Positions 13,320-25,335 of a DNA stretch of 64,000 nt are shown in pieces; position 1 is the stretch's first letter; each line of letters starts with the position of its first letter. The DNA is taken from contig NC_057756.1 of assembly GCF_004010195.1 (NCBI RefSeq), positions 2,544,776 to 2,608,775 of the forward strand. The letters are read 5' to 3'. The position numbers were made by a program, and so were the translations under genes. This stretch comes from Chiloscyllium plagiosum. Lineage: Eukaryota. The notes below the pieces were generated by a model that ran no database searches, was not told the DNA's origin, and saw only the letters and a list, made by a program, of their open reading frames with translations.

Positions 13320-14900
13320 GACCCCAGTCCTAATCCTGCTGGTGTTCAGACAAATTAACTAACACTTCGATTGCAGATTCTCCGAAGTACCACAGAAAAT
13401 GATTTAATGAATTGAAATAGGTCTTTTTTAATTGCTGGTGAATGACATCATGTCTCTAAATCCGGAGCTACTAAACAATGACAGGCAGTTTGGCTATGCT
13501 ATCCGAGCCATAACGTATAAATCATATATTATTTATCCTCCCATGTGAAAATGATCTCAGCCTGCGATCTTAAATCCAGGTCCATGGAGAAAAAGGCATC
13601 AGACAGATAGAATACATGCCACTATTCTGTTTCCATTTGAAGCTGTTTCACCCGTGTTACAATTCCTGGGACATCTGACGTCAATATCTTTCCATATTCG
13701 TGATCTGGCACCTGCCAACTGGTTTCCTTATTGTCCATATCGGTCATATCTATGAGGAAGCAGTGAGTTGTACACCCCTGCATCAACAATTCGTTCAATA
13801 GTCTTCAAAATTAGATCATGCTTTCTCGGGTTCCAATAATGTTTCATGTTCATGATTCATTTTGGAGCGGGGTTTGGGCGGTGGACGGATTTTATGATGC
13901 TCACTCAGCTTTCCCAGCAACAATATCCAATTTTCAAATACAGAAAGCGGTCTTCCACATTCAAATCGACCTTCCAGAATTCCTCAGTATATCCATTCCG
14001 ACAATATATATATATAACATATATGCTGGTCCACTGCCGATGAAGTATCACATCCGTATTCACCCATTAGTGCTTCTGCTCCCAAGCCCATTTCTGATCA
14101 TTCTATTCCTGGTTTGGCTTGACGATTTTCCATGAAGCTTTGTAATCTCTACTGTGTATCAAGCAAGGTCATTACTGATTCTTTATTCCCATTAATCCAT
14201 TACATTCTCCTGAGCATGAGGGACTTCCAGTTTACATATATGGCAGCCTTTATTATCCGTATCTCCATTTGATTGTATCATATGAATTTGCGGTCTGCCA
14301 TTTTCCACATCCGCTGTTCCCTCTAAAAAGAACATCTGCAGTGACTGGTTGTCCCAGTGCCAGGCACATCAGGGCGAATAGCAATCTCCATAGTTGCATT
14401 GATCCAGTGTGCATAAGCCAACTTCCCATTCAGCCATGAAACTTTATGGTCTTCTTCTGGAAATCATTATTGTGCAATCCCTTTTTGTGTAGCTCATTCG
14501 TGCAATCAGGCAGTTTCCTCTGGTATTTCACACCACAGGGCACTATCCCATTCACAGTCCATGGCATCCAAATATTTATATGCATAAGGCACCCTTTCCA
14601 TGCATCCCATGCTGGTATCCCATGTTACCCATGGAAAATGGCATTTACAGCTGTATCTATGGATAAGGTTTCCGAACCTGGGAGTTACACAGGAGTTAAA
14701 GGACAACTGGAAGCTCATAAACCCCATCGTAATATTACATAAGTCCTGAATCACTCATCTGCGTTCTGACAGAACATTTTTTCTTGGTCTTGTAATTTTG
14801 TCAATTTGGATCCCTGCACAACTGGGGTGTTATTATCAGCCTTTCCTTGCCCCTTTCTTTGATTATTTGTTACCGGTAAACAAACAGTACATTATCAAGA
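13320..14900 (-). mobile_element. Class III (ERV-L-like) endogenous retrovirus gag-pro-RT fragment
   Basis: Reverse strand protease LLDT..EITKLHG (~14130-14166) and IVGMDIL, RT DAFFSM (13583-13600), FTWEDK*Y (13532-13549), HSQTACHCLVAPDL. Confidence 0.7.
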
Positions 14901-14989
14901 GCGGTGTCTTCTTCACCATCAGTCTATTTGCACCATCAGTCTAGCTGTCAGGCATGCAAAATTTTCTCATTCTATTTATTTGTCAAATG

Positions 14990-17560
14990 CCGACTAGAAG
15001 CGTGCAGAAACATTTTTTACTTTATTTGAAAAAGTGCCAAAAATGAAATCACTGATAATCATATCAGCATTGACGAAATAAACTAATGTGTTTGGTAGAA
15101 ATAGAAAAGCAATTGCATCACGTTTAGAGGAGTTATCTGGGGAATATGATTACGAAAGAATGAAAACATTTTAAATGCATATGCACTGGTACAAGATGGG
15201 TAATGCTTGAGAAGTCTAAGGACTGAAGTTGATCAGATGTATGTAGACTTTGAAAACAGCAAACGAAATAGCATTGATTGGTAGATAAAATAATTGAAAA
15301 TAGATCAAGCATATGACTCTCTTCGAGAGACGATTATTTTGTCGGCATTAAATATTCAGTTTTTGAAATACAAAGAATGCATGCAGTAGAAGCAGAAATA
15401 TCACAAGATTTGCAGAGGAAGTAGCAGACGATTTTGGGTTGTTGGTTCAAAAGTCGCAGTTTGGCTTCCGAAATCAACTTCTTTCTGTTTGCAACAGAAA
15501 TTGATGAAAGGAAAGCATTAGGTGGGACAGACAGTTTACCAATGAATAACTATAAACCTACTGTTGTGTGGGACTGGTGAGGGTAGAATTAAGAATACAG
15601 GTGTTTTTATTAAATCTAATAAATTAAGGTACATGAATAGGTGCCTTCCGTGTTTTAGAATAAAAAATAGGATAATTCGGTGAGCTCTGTTAAAGTGTTA
15701 GTAGAAATCTTAAGGAAAGCCAAACATAATTGCAAAAAATGTCCGATCTGATCAGGTTTTGGTTGAGACCGAATTGTCAGATTTTTTAGTGAATTTATCG
15801 AGTTCAGTAATGTTCATTCATATATGCCAAGAGGAACTGGGAAATAAATTGTGATTTTAAGAGGTAGAGGAGCAAGTCAATCTTTGATAGTGAAAGGTAT
15901 AGAATTCACAAGGAGTATTTCCAAACAAGTAATATGTTGAATTCCAAAGCAGTGTTGCATTCTACAAAGTTCAGGTTGGAGAGTCGGTGGAAAGTTTTGC
16001 CATGCTGGTCGGTGTTATTGATCAATTATTAGCTCTGGAAATACAGTTCACAGTAATGATATAGCAGGATTATATTTGGAAGTAATGCCTAAAGGTGATT
16101 GAAAATTCGGTAGAAAGTCAGACAACTGAGATGTTACAGGAAATATGTAATGAATCTAAGGTTCTCCCTGACTATGCAGTAAATAAAATGTCACAAAGCC
16201 ACCGTTGGAATCAGGAGGTGAACTCAAGGCGTAAACATAATAAAGTTCAAATTCCATCTTCAAAAAACATGTTTAATTAAATTGTTGTGGAAAAAGAGAA
16301 GATATCGAGGACTAATTGGAAATGTTAATTCACAGATGCCAGCAGAGCTACAATAAAAAGACCTTTTTTTTTTTTACTTTGTCACATTTTGAATGAATAT
16401 TAGGATCACCTTGCAAAATTGTTCGATTGATTTCAGCAAGGGTTCTCAACCAGGCTAAAAGAGGGTTTACAAGTGCGTACGTTACATTCATGTGACATAT
16501 GATTTTCTGACGAACTTGGACCTTTCTCTCTAGAGAGAAGGAGGAAGAGGAGTGACCGGATCGAGGTATAGAAGAAAATGAGAGGAATGGAGAGAGTCAA
16601 TAGCCAGAGACTGTTTCACAGGGCAGAATTGATTGGCACGAGGAGTTATGGTTTTAAGATATTAGGAAAAAAGGTATAGAGGAGACTTCAGAGGAACGAT
16701 CTTTGCCCAGAAAGCTATGAACGGGTGGAATGCATTGGCAGTGGTGCTGGTGGAAGCAGAGTAATTAGGGACATTTAAGCGGCTGTTGGACATGCACATT
16801 GGCAGCAGTGATTTGAGGGGTGCTTAGACTGTTATTTTATTTTACAATAGGATTAATGTTCGGCACAATATCATGGACAAAAGGGCCTGTTCTGTGCTGT
16901 ACGTTTCTAAATCCGATGTTCTATGATTGGCCATGGAGATATATCGTTTTGAATCAAAACAACAAAATATATTGGAGCATTTCACAAACCTTTGAGAAAG
17001 AGGGAATTAACTCAATTCCTGTGAATATGTGCTTCTCACGGAGATTCCTACTGTACTTTCTCAGTATGATTGCTCCAGTAACTAACATTACGAAACGAAC
17101 AGGTAACAACAGTGTACTGTTGACTTGATAACATGAAAACTGTGTTAACTGTCATTTCGTCCTTGGTAACGCACAGTTAATTACATCTCTTCAACTTGTC
17201 AATTAGTGGAAATAACGTGGGTGTCAGTTCTGTAATTTTGCGAGGTGATGACAAGAAAATGGAAAGAATTAACAGGCATTTTTTTTTTTGTATCCCGAAA
17301 GGAGAATGTTAATTCTACGAACTTTTGCACCATTGAGAATGATAATTTGATATTGACGTTACTGTTGCAACATTTCAACAATAATGTTGCCAGCCATGCA
17401 TTTCTGATGCTGTGTCGGCCGATCATCATGCCTTAATGTTTGCAACAACATTTAAGTACGATAGAATAATGCACTTTAAGGAGAGTTTATTGCTACACCA
17501 TTCAATTTGAAACATCCACATGCATCAGAGGTAGAGAACCAAATTACCTGTGCATTGTCA
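14990..17560 (+). mobile_element. Gypsy (Gmr1-like) element fragments: gag, protease, RT-connection, RNase H; interrupted by CR1
   Basis: FFTLFEKV (~15013), protease-like VILRG.GASQSLI (~15851-15890), FSRRFLLYFLSMIAPVTNITK (ORF 16820), RNase H SRK...CTIE...LLLQHF (ORF 17245). Confidence 0.7.
16510..16927 (+). mobile_element. CR1 LINE 3' end
   Basis: LGPFSLERRR.R.D.IEV.K.MRG motif and CR1 tail AAGGGCCTGTTCTGTGCTGTAC. Confidence 0.9.
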
Positions 17561-17644
17561 AAACTTTGAAGGAAGAAATTTGTTTTAGCTGCCAGAAGAA
17601 TCGGACTGAAATAGCCTGCTACCCGCCATTGAACTTTTCATTTA

Positions 17645-19865
17645 AAACCGCCAGCATGACATGGAACGCTTCAACCTGTCCAAACTCCTCATCAACTCCA
17701 ACCTCACGTCCTCACAATGCGCAACCACAACCTCACCATCAAACAAGTGGACAAAATGTGTGCAGTGGTAGTTTGTTGCATTGACCTCTACACTGCTGCA
17801 GCCAGACGCCAACTCGAAGACACCTCCTTGTACCACACCTTCGATGATGACCTCAACCCACCATCACCAAACCACCATATCCCAGACCATACACAACGAC
17901 ATCATCTCAGGGGACCTCCCTAACCCAGGTTTCAACCTCAAAGTTTGGGAACCCAGCACCGCCCGATTTTACCTCCTACACAAGATTCACAAGCATGACT
18001 ACCCCGGCTGACCCATCCATTCAAGCTGCTCCTGCCCCACTGAATTCATCTCCAACTACGTTGATATTTTCCAACCCACTACCTCGTCCAGGAGCTCGCC
18101 ACATACATACGGGGCACCACCCACGCTCTCCACCTCCTCCGAGACTTTCTTTACCCCGGCCCCCAACGACTCATCATCACAATGAACATCCAGTCCGTGT
18201 ACTCCTCCATCTGCCATTACCAGGACTTTCGAGCCCTCCATTTCTTCGTCTCCCGACGTCCACAACAATTCCCATCCACTGACATTCTTATTCGTTTGGC
18301 TGAACTGGTCCTCACACTCAAGAATTTCTACGTTGAAACTTCCCACTTCATCCAGATAAACGGAATAGCCAGGAACACCCGCATGTGACAAAGTTATGTC
18401 TATCTCATTGTCGACTACGTGGAACAAACCATCTTCTGGAGTTACACCGGCGTTACTCCCAACATTTACCTTTGCTACATTGATGAATACATCGGCGTGA
18501 CGTGGTCGAACAGCTCATCAACTTCACCAACACATTCCACCCCGACTTTAAATTCACCTGGAGCATCTCTGACACCTCCCTTCTCTTCCTGCACCTCTCG
18601 TTCTCTTTCAACAATGACTGACCCTACACTGACATTGTTTGCAAACCCACCGACCCCTACAGCTACCTGCACTACACCACCTCCACACTACCTCCTGTAA
18701 AAATGCAATCCCGTATTCCCAATTCCTCCACCTTCGCAGCATTTGGTCCCAGGAGGTCAGGCTCCACCACACAACACACTAGATAGCCTCCTTCTTTAAA
18801 GATCGAAATTTCATCTCCCACTTGGTTGATGATGCCCTTCAGCGCATCTCATCCACGGCCCGCACCTCAGCCGTCGGACCTCACCCTTCCAACTGTAATA
18901 AGGACAGAATACCTCCAGTTGTCACATTCCACTCCACCAACCTCGACATGCATCACATCATCCACTGATATTTCCGCCACTTACAAATGGACCCCACCAC
19001 AAGGGATATATTTCCCTCTCCACTGCTATCCACCACCGCAAAGAGTGTTTCCTCACGACGACCTGGGCGGGTCGAAACCCCTTAAAGAAAATCTTCCCAT
19101 TGGCACCTTCCCCTGGCACAGCAGTAATTGCAAAACTAGTAACACATCTCCCCACTAACCTCATCGAATGTCCCAAAGGGTCCTTCTCCATCCATCAAAG
19201 TTTCACTTGCACTTCCACACATGTCATTTATTGTATCGGTTGATCCTGATGTGGTGTTCTCTGCACTCTGGAGACTGCACACCTTCTCTTAGAGTGCTTC
19301 AGAGATCATCTCCAGGACATCAGCACCAAGCAACCCCACCACGCCGTGACTGAACATTTCAACGCCCCCTCCCACTCTGTCAAGACATGCAGGTCCTGGG
19401 CCTCCTCCATCGCCACTCTCTCAACACCCGACGCCTGGAAGAAGAATGCCTCATTCACTGACTCGGGACACTTCAAACCCAGGGTGTCAATGTGGACTTC
19501 ACAAGTTTCATCATTTCCCCTGCCCCCACCTTACATTAGTTCCCACTTTCCAGCTCAGCACCGTACCCATGACCTTTCCCACCTGTCAAACCTCCTGTAC
19601 ACATATCCACTCCAGCCTACTTTCTGACCGATCACCTTCACCTCCACTTCCATCAACTTATTGCACGCCCACCGACCTTCTCCCCAGCCTCACGCCCTCC
19701 CATTTATTTCTCCACCCCCGAGGATCTCAACTTCATTCCGATGAAGGGCGCCTGCACAAACCGTCGATTCTTCTGCTCCTCGGATTCTCCATGACCTGCT
19801 GTACTTTGCCAGCGCCACTGATTCTCGTATCTGATCTCTAGTGTCTGCAGTGCTCACTTTTTTCT
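17645..19865 (+). mobile_element. C-rich Penelope-like retroelement (RT plus GIY-YIG), second family
   Basis: ARFYLLHKIHK, MNIQSVYSSI, HFIQINGIA..TRM, YIDE (~18476), GIY-YIG HVIYCI...WC.L.SGD (~19219-19275), degenerate hammerhead CCGATGAAGGGC near 19738. Confidence 0.9.
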
Positions 19866-20006
19866 GCGTTACTGATCGTTAACACAATGTGCATAACATG
19901 GAGAATACTCAGAGCAGAGAAAAGTTGATAAGAAATAAGCCATCTTTGCATATTGATAATTCATATTCTGAAGTGGGAGATTTGACGATATCATGTCTCT
20001 TAGATA

Positions 20007-20181
20007 AAAATCACACAACACCAGGTTATAGTCCAACAGGTTTAATTGGCAGCACACTAGCTTTCGGAGCGACGCTCCTTCATCAAGTGATTGTGGAGGG
20101 CTCGATCGTAACACAGAATTTATAGCAAAAATTTGCAGTGTGATGTAACTGAAATTATACATTGAAGAATTGATTGTCTGA
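20007..20181 (-). mobile_element. Short Penelope-type terminus with hammerhead motif and 17-bp TSD
   Basis: Reverse strand CACTTGATGAAGGAGCGTCGCTCCGAAAGCTAG; flanked by ATCATGTCTCTT[A/C]GATA at 19990-20006 and 20182-20198. Confidence 0.8.
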
Positions 20182-21265
20182 ATCATGTCTCTTCGATACT
20201 GTGATAATTCAGCCCTGAAACTCTTGAAGAGACGTGTAGTCAGGGCGTTACTGAAGTGTATACTTTAGAAAGAATTTTGATAAACAGCTTTGAGTTCTCC
20301 TTGGGTATCATTTTGAAAAAAAAAATCCAAAAGAATATTCATGCATTTCAAAAGTAAAGTTTATTAGGGAGTTTTGCATAATCAAAATGAAGGAAATTCT
20401 GCATTTCCTGGGCCAGAGAGAATTTCGCCAGAAATTGATACTGAATTTTGCAGTATCATTGCTCCATTTCCTGAAGTGTTTGACGAGGGAGAAAAATGTC
20501 AGTATACGTTTGAGTATCAGAAGGATTTGAGTGAGAGGTGTTTGAGGACTAAAACTCACAGAAGTCCTTCTGTTTGATTTCAGTTAAGTGATTAGGAATT
20601 TGAAGGCTGCACTGGTTGAAAACCTGGAATGAGACGTCCTCGAACAGACTGGAGTGTTCAGTCAGAAACAACTTGTTATGTATGAAGGAAAGTATAACTG
20701 AGCTAATAAAAATAATGCACAGCTTTTTTCAGCAAAGAAACTCCCTCATCACGTAACAGGTCAGAACTGGGACCGACAATATTCATAAAACAAAACAACG
20801 TCTTGCTTATCTTTTACGGATGTAGAAAATCATTGTAAAGAAGGAGTGATGCAAAATCATTAATGTAAGTACGCAAATGCTGGGTACACCACAAATATGC
20901 ATGGACGATGCTGAGTTCTATGCACAAAAACTAAAACTATTCTACTCTTTACGCTCTGGATTATCACACCACTCTATTCCCACGTTGATTGCAGCTCAGT
21001 TACTAAGTTTCTTGCCTTTTCTGACGTTACATATATGATTGCAATAAAACTGCCTGCTCCAAGATGATTTCGTGGTTTGATGTTTCCTTGCATGCATTGA
21101 TTTCAATTCAGGTAAGTGACAGTGATGAAGATTTGTTACAATACCAGAGATTTCAATATAAATCCTGCCTATAACTAAATCTACTCTATTTGAGGTGGCA
21201 TAACTGTCCGATCGAAGCTGCAACCATCGGTGCAACATTGATTATTTCTCTTTTTTTTTCTTGAG

Positions 21266-21550
21266 TCCAAATTCAATTGTTAGACATCAAGTAGTCTCTG
21301 GACACATGCAAGCAAATATTGCACCAGCATTGTGACGATCTGTGTGATATTGTACAATGCATCGTGCTACAACAATAAAATGGAAATACACACATTTGAC
21401 TGCAGGAAATTGCAGTCGTTTGCAAAATTGATAAATACAACCTAGATAAAACGAAAAGCAAAGTAAATGTCTGCAGATTCCAAAGAGGGCAGATGGTTCC
21501 TGAGCGTTTCATACAGCGAATCATTTAAGATTATAAACATGAACAAATTG
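21266..21550 (+). pseudogene. Candidate truncated IgV pseudo-exon (B7/butyrophilin-like), cut by a Penelope insertion
   Basis: Long polypyrimidine tract and AG at 21264-21265; with frameshifts reads QVVSGHMQANIA..HC..., TTIKWKY, RFQRGQMVPERFIQ..SFKIINMNKL; strong donor CAG/GTAAGT at 21111/21112 upstream could end a leader exon. Confidence 0.35.
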
Positions 21551-22720
21551 TCATCCTTGAGTTTCAGTATTGTCATCATTGTGGTTATTTTCGCCAAGCT
21601 GGGAAGTTGAGTTCCAAAGGTTTTTTCCCCTGTCTAGGTGACACCTTGAGAGATTTGGAGCCGCGTGTGAAGCTGTGCGGTTTCTTCTGTAAGTCATTTC
21701 GGTCGAATTGTGCTGCTTCCAGTTGCTGGTCCCAGTTGTTCCTTGCAATGAATGGTATATTGGGTCTACATCATTGAGTTTGTTAATGAAGTCCATGGCT
21801 GATTACCATTCTCCTAGAAATTCTCTGGCTGTTTATGTTTATCTTCTCAACTGATCATTGTGGTGTCCCAGTCGTTTTTGCATCCTTGTCCTCTATATGT
21901 ATGACTACTGGGAAAGCTGGCCGTGACATTTAATTGTAATTGGTGTTCATGGAGGCGGAATGCTAGTTACATGCCTGTTTGTACTTTATACTGTTTTCTG
22001 CAGTCTTTGCACGGAATCCTGTGAATTCAGTTAGTCTTGCACATGATGTTTTGTCCTGGTGAGTTCTTGTCTGAGTGCAGCTATTGGTTGATGCGCTCTC
22101 ATAAGCCCGAGTGTGCGGAGAAGTCTGGCTGTCAGTTCCAAGTTTTTTTTAGATGTAAGATCACTTGGCTAGTGAGTCAGATCGTGCCACGTCATCATCG
22201 TGTTGATTGTCTATCAGGCATCTGCGGATGAAGTTGTGGGGATATAAGGTCCTGGGCAATACTCTGGAGAGGATTTCTTCTCCTTCCCTTCGTAAAGTGG
22301 CAGTGCTGCAGTGTGTTATATCCCTTTGAAGTTATTCCTAATTCACATTATTTTGTGTGCGTTTGGGTGGTCGCTGTTTTATTTCATTATTTGGTCGATG
22401 TGTCTGGCTTTCCTATCTATGTTTGTGTTGCGTTTACCGTTATGTGTTCGTTGCAGCAGCATATCCAGAAGGGAAGTTGATTTTTGGTCTCCAACCCTCT
22501 CTAGTAATTTTGATGTTTGTCAGTATTTTATTCATAATCCAGTGTGTGTTCTGGATTTCTGTTCTATGAATGATAAGCAAAATGTCGTCTACCTATCTGA
22601 TAAAGCGTTTTTGTTGCACATGTGGTACGGCTATTTGTACCAATCTTTCAATCACTGCTTCTGCTATGAGCCCAGAGATGGATGCGCCCATACATATCCC
22701 CTTGATGTGTTACTCCTGGC
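21550..22720 (-). mobile_element. Penelope-like fragment (RT C-terminus, GIY-YIG, terminus)
   Basis: Reverse complement of the 6860-9040 family; YDDIL-like RT motif near 22580-22595, terminus GGTTATTTTCGCCAAGCTGGGAAG near 21583. Confidence 0.75.
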
Positions 22721-22846
22721 TGTATAATACTGCACGAAACTTTACACAAACCTTGCAGTTTAAGGATAGTTTTCATTAAACGTTGTTGAATGGAAATAAA
22801 CGTAATCATTTACAAAATTTAATTATGCCTGTTTCCTTTCCTGCAG

Positions 22847-22867
22847 AACTTAAGAAATGTAAAGAAG
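22847..22867 (+). CDS. 21-nt heptad micro-exon (E)LKKCKE, butyrophilin/BG-like coiled-coil tail
   Basis: TTTCCTTTCCTGCAG | AACTTAAGAAATGTAAAGAAG | GTGAGA; phase 1-1, exactly 21 nt. Confidence 0.7.
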
Positions 22868-23209
22868 GTGAGAATGCTATCAAAAGCAATGTCTGGACAT
22901 GACGATAAAGAATAGCATAAACGTCACGTTAGGAGATTTAGGAACAATAAGTTATCGCCGATTACATTTTTTTACAAAATTTGGAGTGTGCCAGTTGCTT
23001 TTTTCTCGAGTATAAGAACAAAACAAGGAAGTCTGTTGAATGTAGAGAACTTCGGCAGTTACTGCAAAATAAATCAAACACAAATGTTAAAATGTTTTTC
23101 TTTACATTGTTTGAGAATTCAAAAAAAATCTATTCAAAATTTCATTTTCTTGATATGCTATTCGGTGCTGCTTCATTAATGCTGGGTACTGAAGTTATCA
23201 TTACAAAAT

Positions 23210-23650
23210 ACCCTAGAAAGACTGCAACAAAATTCACATTCATAAAACCGTAAGGAAACTAGTCATCAGCATGCATGCACATCAACTGGTCACAAATAGA
23301 CATGACCAGCTGACATTTATATACAGATACACAGACAAACATGGACACCAGTTTGACTGAAATAATGCATGCAAATTGCGCATGACAAATAAGGATATGC
23401 ACAGAAAAATAAATGCTTTTAATTGAAACAGAAATGTCATTAACAAACAGTTGAGTTGGACATCCATTTACCAAGCTCTCACATTCAGAAATGGAAACGA
23501 TACCAGCGGCCACAGCAATCCAAAACGCCTAAATAGCAGAACACCAACGATTCACCAGAGGCTCACTGATGAGCTTACCTAGCATGGTGACGAAACCTCT
23601 GATAACAAACCCACCAATCCAGCAAGCAAATCTACAAACTGATCCACAAC
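23210..23650 (+). mobile_element. Penelope 3' fragment with hammerhead motif
   Basis: CACTGATGAGCTTACCTAGCATGGTGACGAAACCTC at ~23564-23599; paralogous fragment at ~26430-26860. Confidence 0.65.
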
Positions 23651-25335
23651 CAGACCTAAAAAAAAGCTTTTTTCAAGATATTGTTACTGTCGTATGAATT
23701 AACTTACAATGGTTGCCCATTTTGGTTTTCAGAAATTTTCAAGTGTTCATTGGGGAATAGTGGTTAAAACACTCTGACTGTCTGCTTGTATCATGCCGTC
23801 AAGAAGTTGGTTATGAAACTATGATGAAAGATTGCCCCAGACATTTGCTCTTCAAAAACGTGTATTCATAATAATCCAATTATACACCCTTAAATACAAA
23901 TTAAAATTCGGTTTGGAACCATTCTTTGTTGACGAGACAGAATTACCTTCACATTTATTCGATTAGATAGAGATAAACACCAAGGCGAATATACACGTGA
24001 ATATTATTGAAAACTTTAGAAATTAAAAGTCAGATTCCTGAAATGAGGAAAATCCACAATTTACAGTATTCATTATACTTCAGCATGGGGAACGTAGAAC
24101 AAATATTCAAAACGTTCAGACAAAGGAAGAGCAGGTGCATGACAATTTGAAGTGTTGGGAAAATTATTTGCTCAATCAGAAATGGAATCAGAGTCTTTAG
24201 TTTGAAAATCACATGTTTACAATGACTTAAAATGAAGGACATCATGCTGCAGTGTTACCTTTTGATGTATGATCGCTAAAGACTGTCAAGCGTCTAAGTA
24301 TAATTAATCTAAAAAAAAACACTGCCCAGTAAATTGAGAGGAAATGTTTCCTTGCATTGTATACCCTAGCTGTATTGAAGTTTCCAGTATCTAATAATAA
24401 GCCAGTGTCTTCTTCTCCTGTGGGGCTCCTGCAAAAGCACTGCAACAAGTATTTCACTAGTATTTCCGACCTCTTGTGTAAAATGGATTTCTTCGTACAG
24501 CACGTGCAGTGGTGGAGCTGCAGCTGATGCATTTTACACATTGCCATGTAGCATTTATCTATTAAAGCATATAAAAATGCTTTGTTTGCAAAACAGTCAA
24601 CGTACTTTCTGCGATACTGCTCTGACAACTCCTCCAACACCCATTAGACGGGAGCCATTTTATATGTTTCCGGAATGCCAAGTGGCAATTTGCATTTCAT
24701 ATGTTTTCTTTTCAATTGCACGCTTTTCGTGGGATACAACAGTGCCTGATTCCATTTACTGAGACTTCAAAATTTGCATCTTCGTAAGATTTATTTAAAG
24801 TGCTGAAGAAGTATGTGGTATTAATAATTGATCTTCGAACCAGACATTCTCCACTGTAATTTGAGGCTTGAGAAGAATATCAACAGCATACTTGATTATG
24901 TAATCAGGTCGTGCAGCATTTTTCAACGTGTTATCTAATCTTCATTGGAATTTGGATGGACAGTTTTGGAAAAGATGGGGAAACAATTCAATGTATGTTG
25001 TTGATCTTTATATGCAAAGTCAAATTTCTTTGATATTGCTCATGCACAGGAACAGACCGAAATGTTTCCAAATAGAGCAGTTCCTGGACGGTATCAGAAG
25101 AAATACATAAAATCCGGAAAGTACATGACGTTGCTAGCGAGTGTGGCCTACTCAGAAACGTTTGGTAATTTTCGAGGCTTCATTACAATTCCCCCAACTC
25201 CCAAACCCGTCCAAATAAAGAAAGAAAATTCGTGCCGTACCTACATTTAATGAAAACCTAACCAACAGAATGAAGGTGCTTTGGATCGTAGTTTTGCGAA
25301 ATACTTCATCAGCACACGGCATTCAACTATAGATA

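Larger units (their letters stand above)
21519..25064. repeat. Tandem segmental duplication L, copy 1
   Basis: Colinear similarity with 25336-28295 from AATCATTTAAGATTATAAAC to CAGGAACAGAC.GAAATG, including shared Penelope fragments and the micro-exon. Confidence 0.9.

Noticed and set aside
20995..21111. 117-nt AG/GT segment as an intact transmembrane exon
   Set aside because: Three stops in the phase-1 frame; could equally be a decayed leader exon
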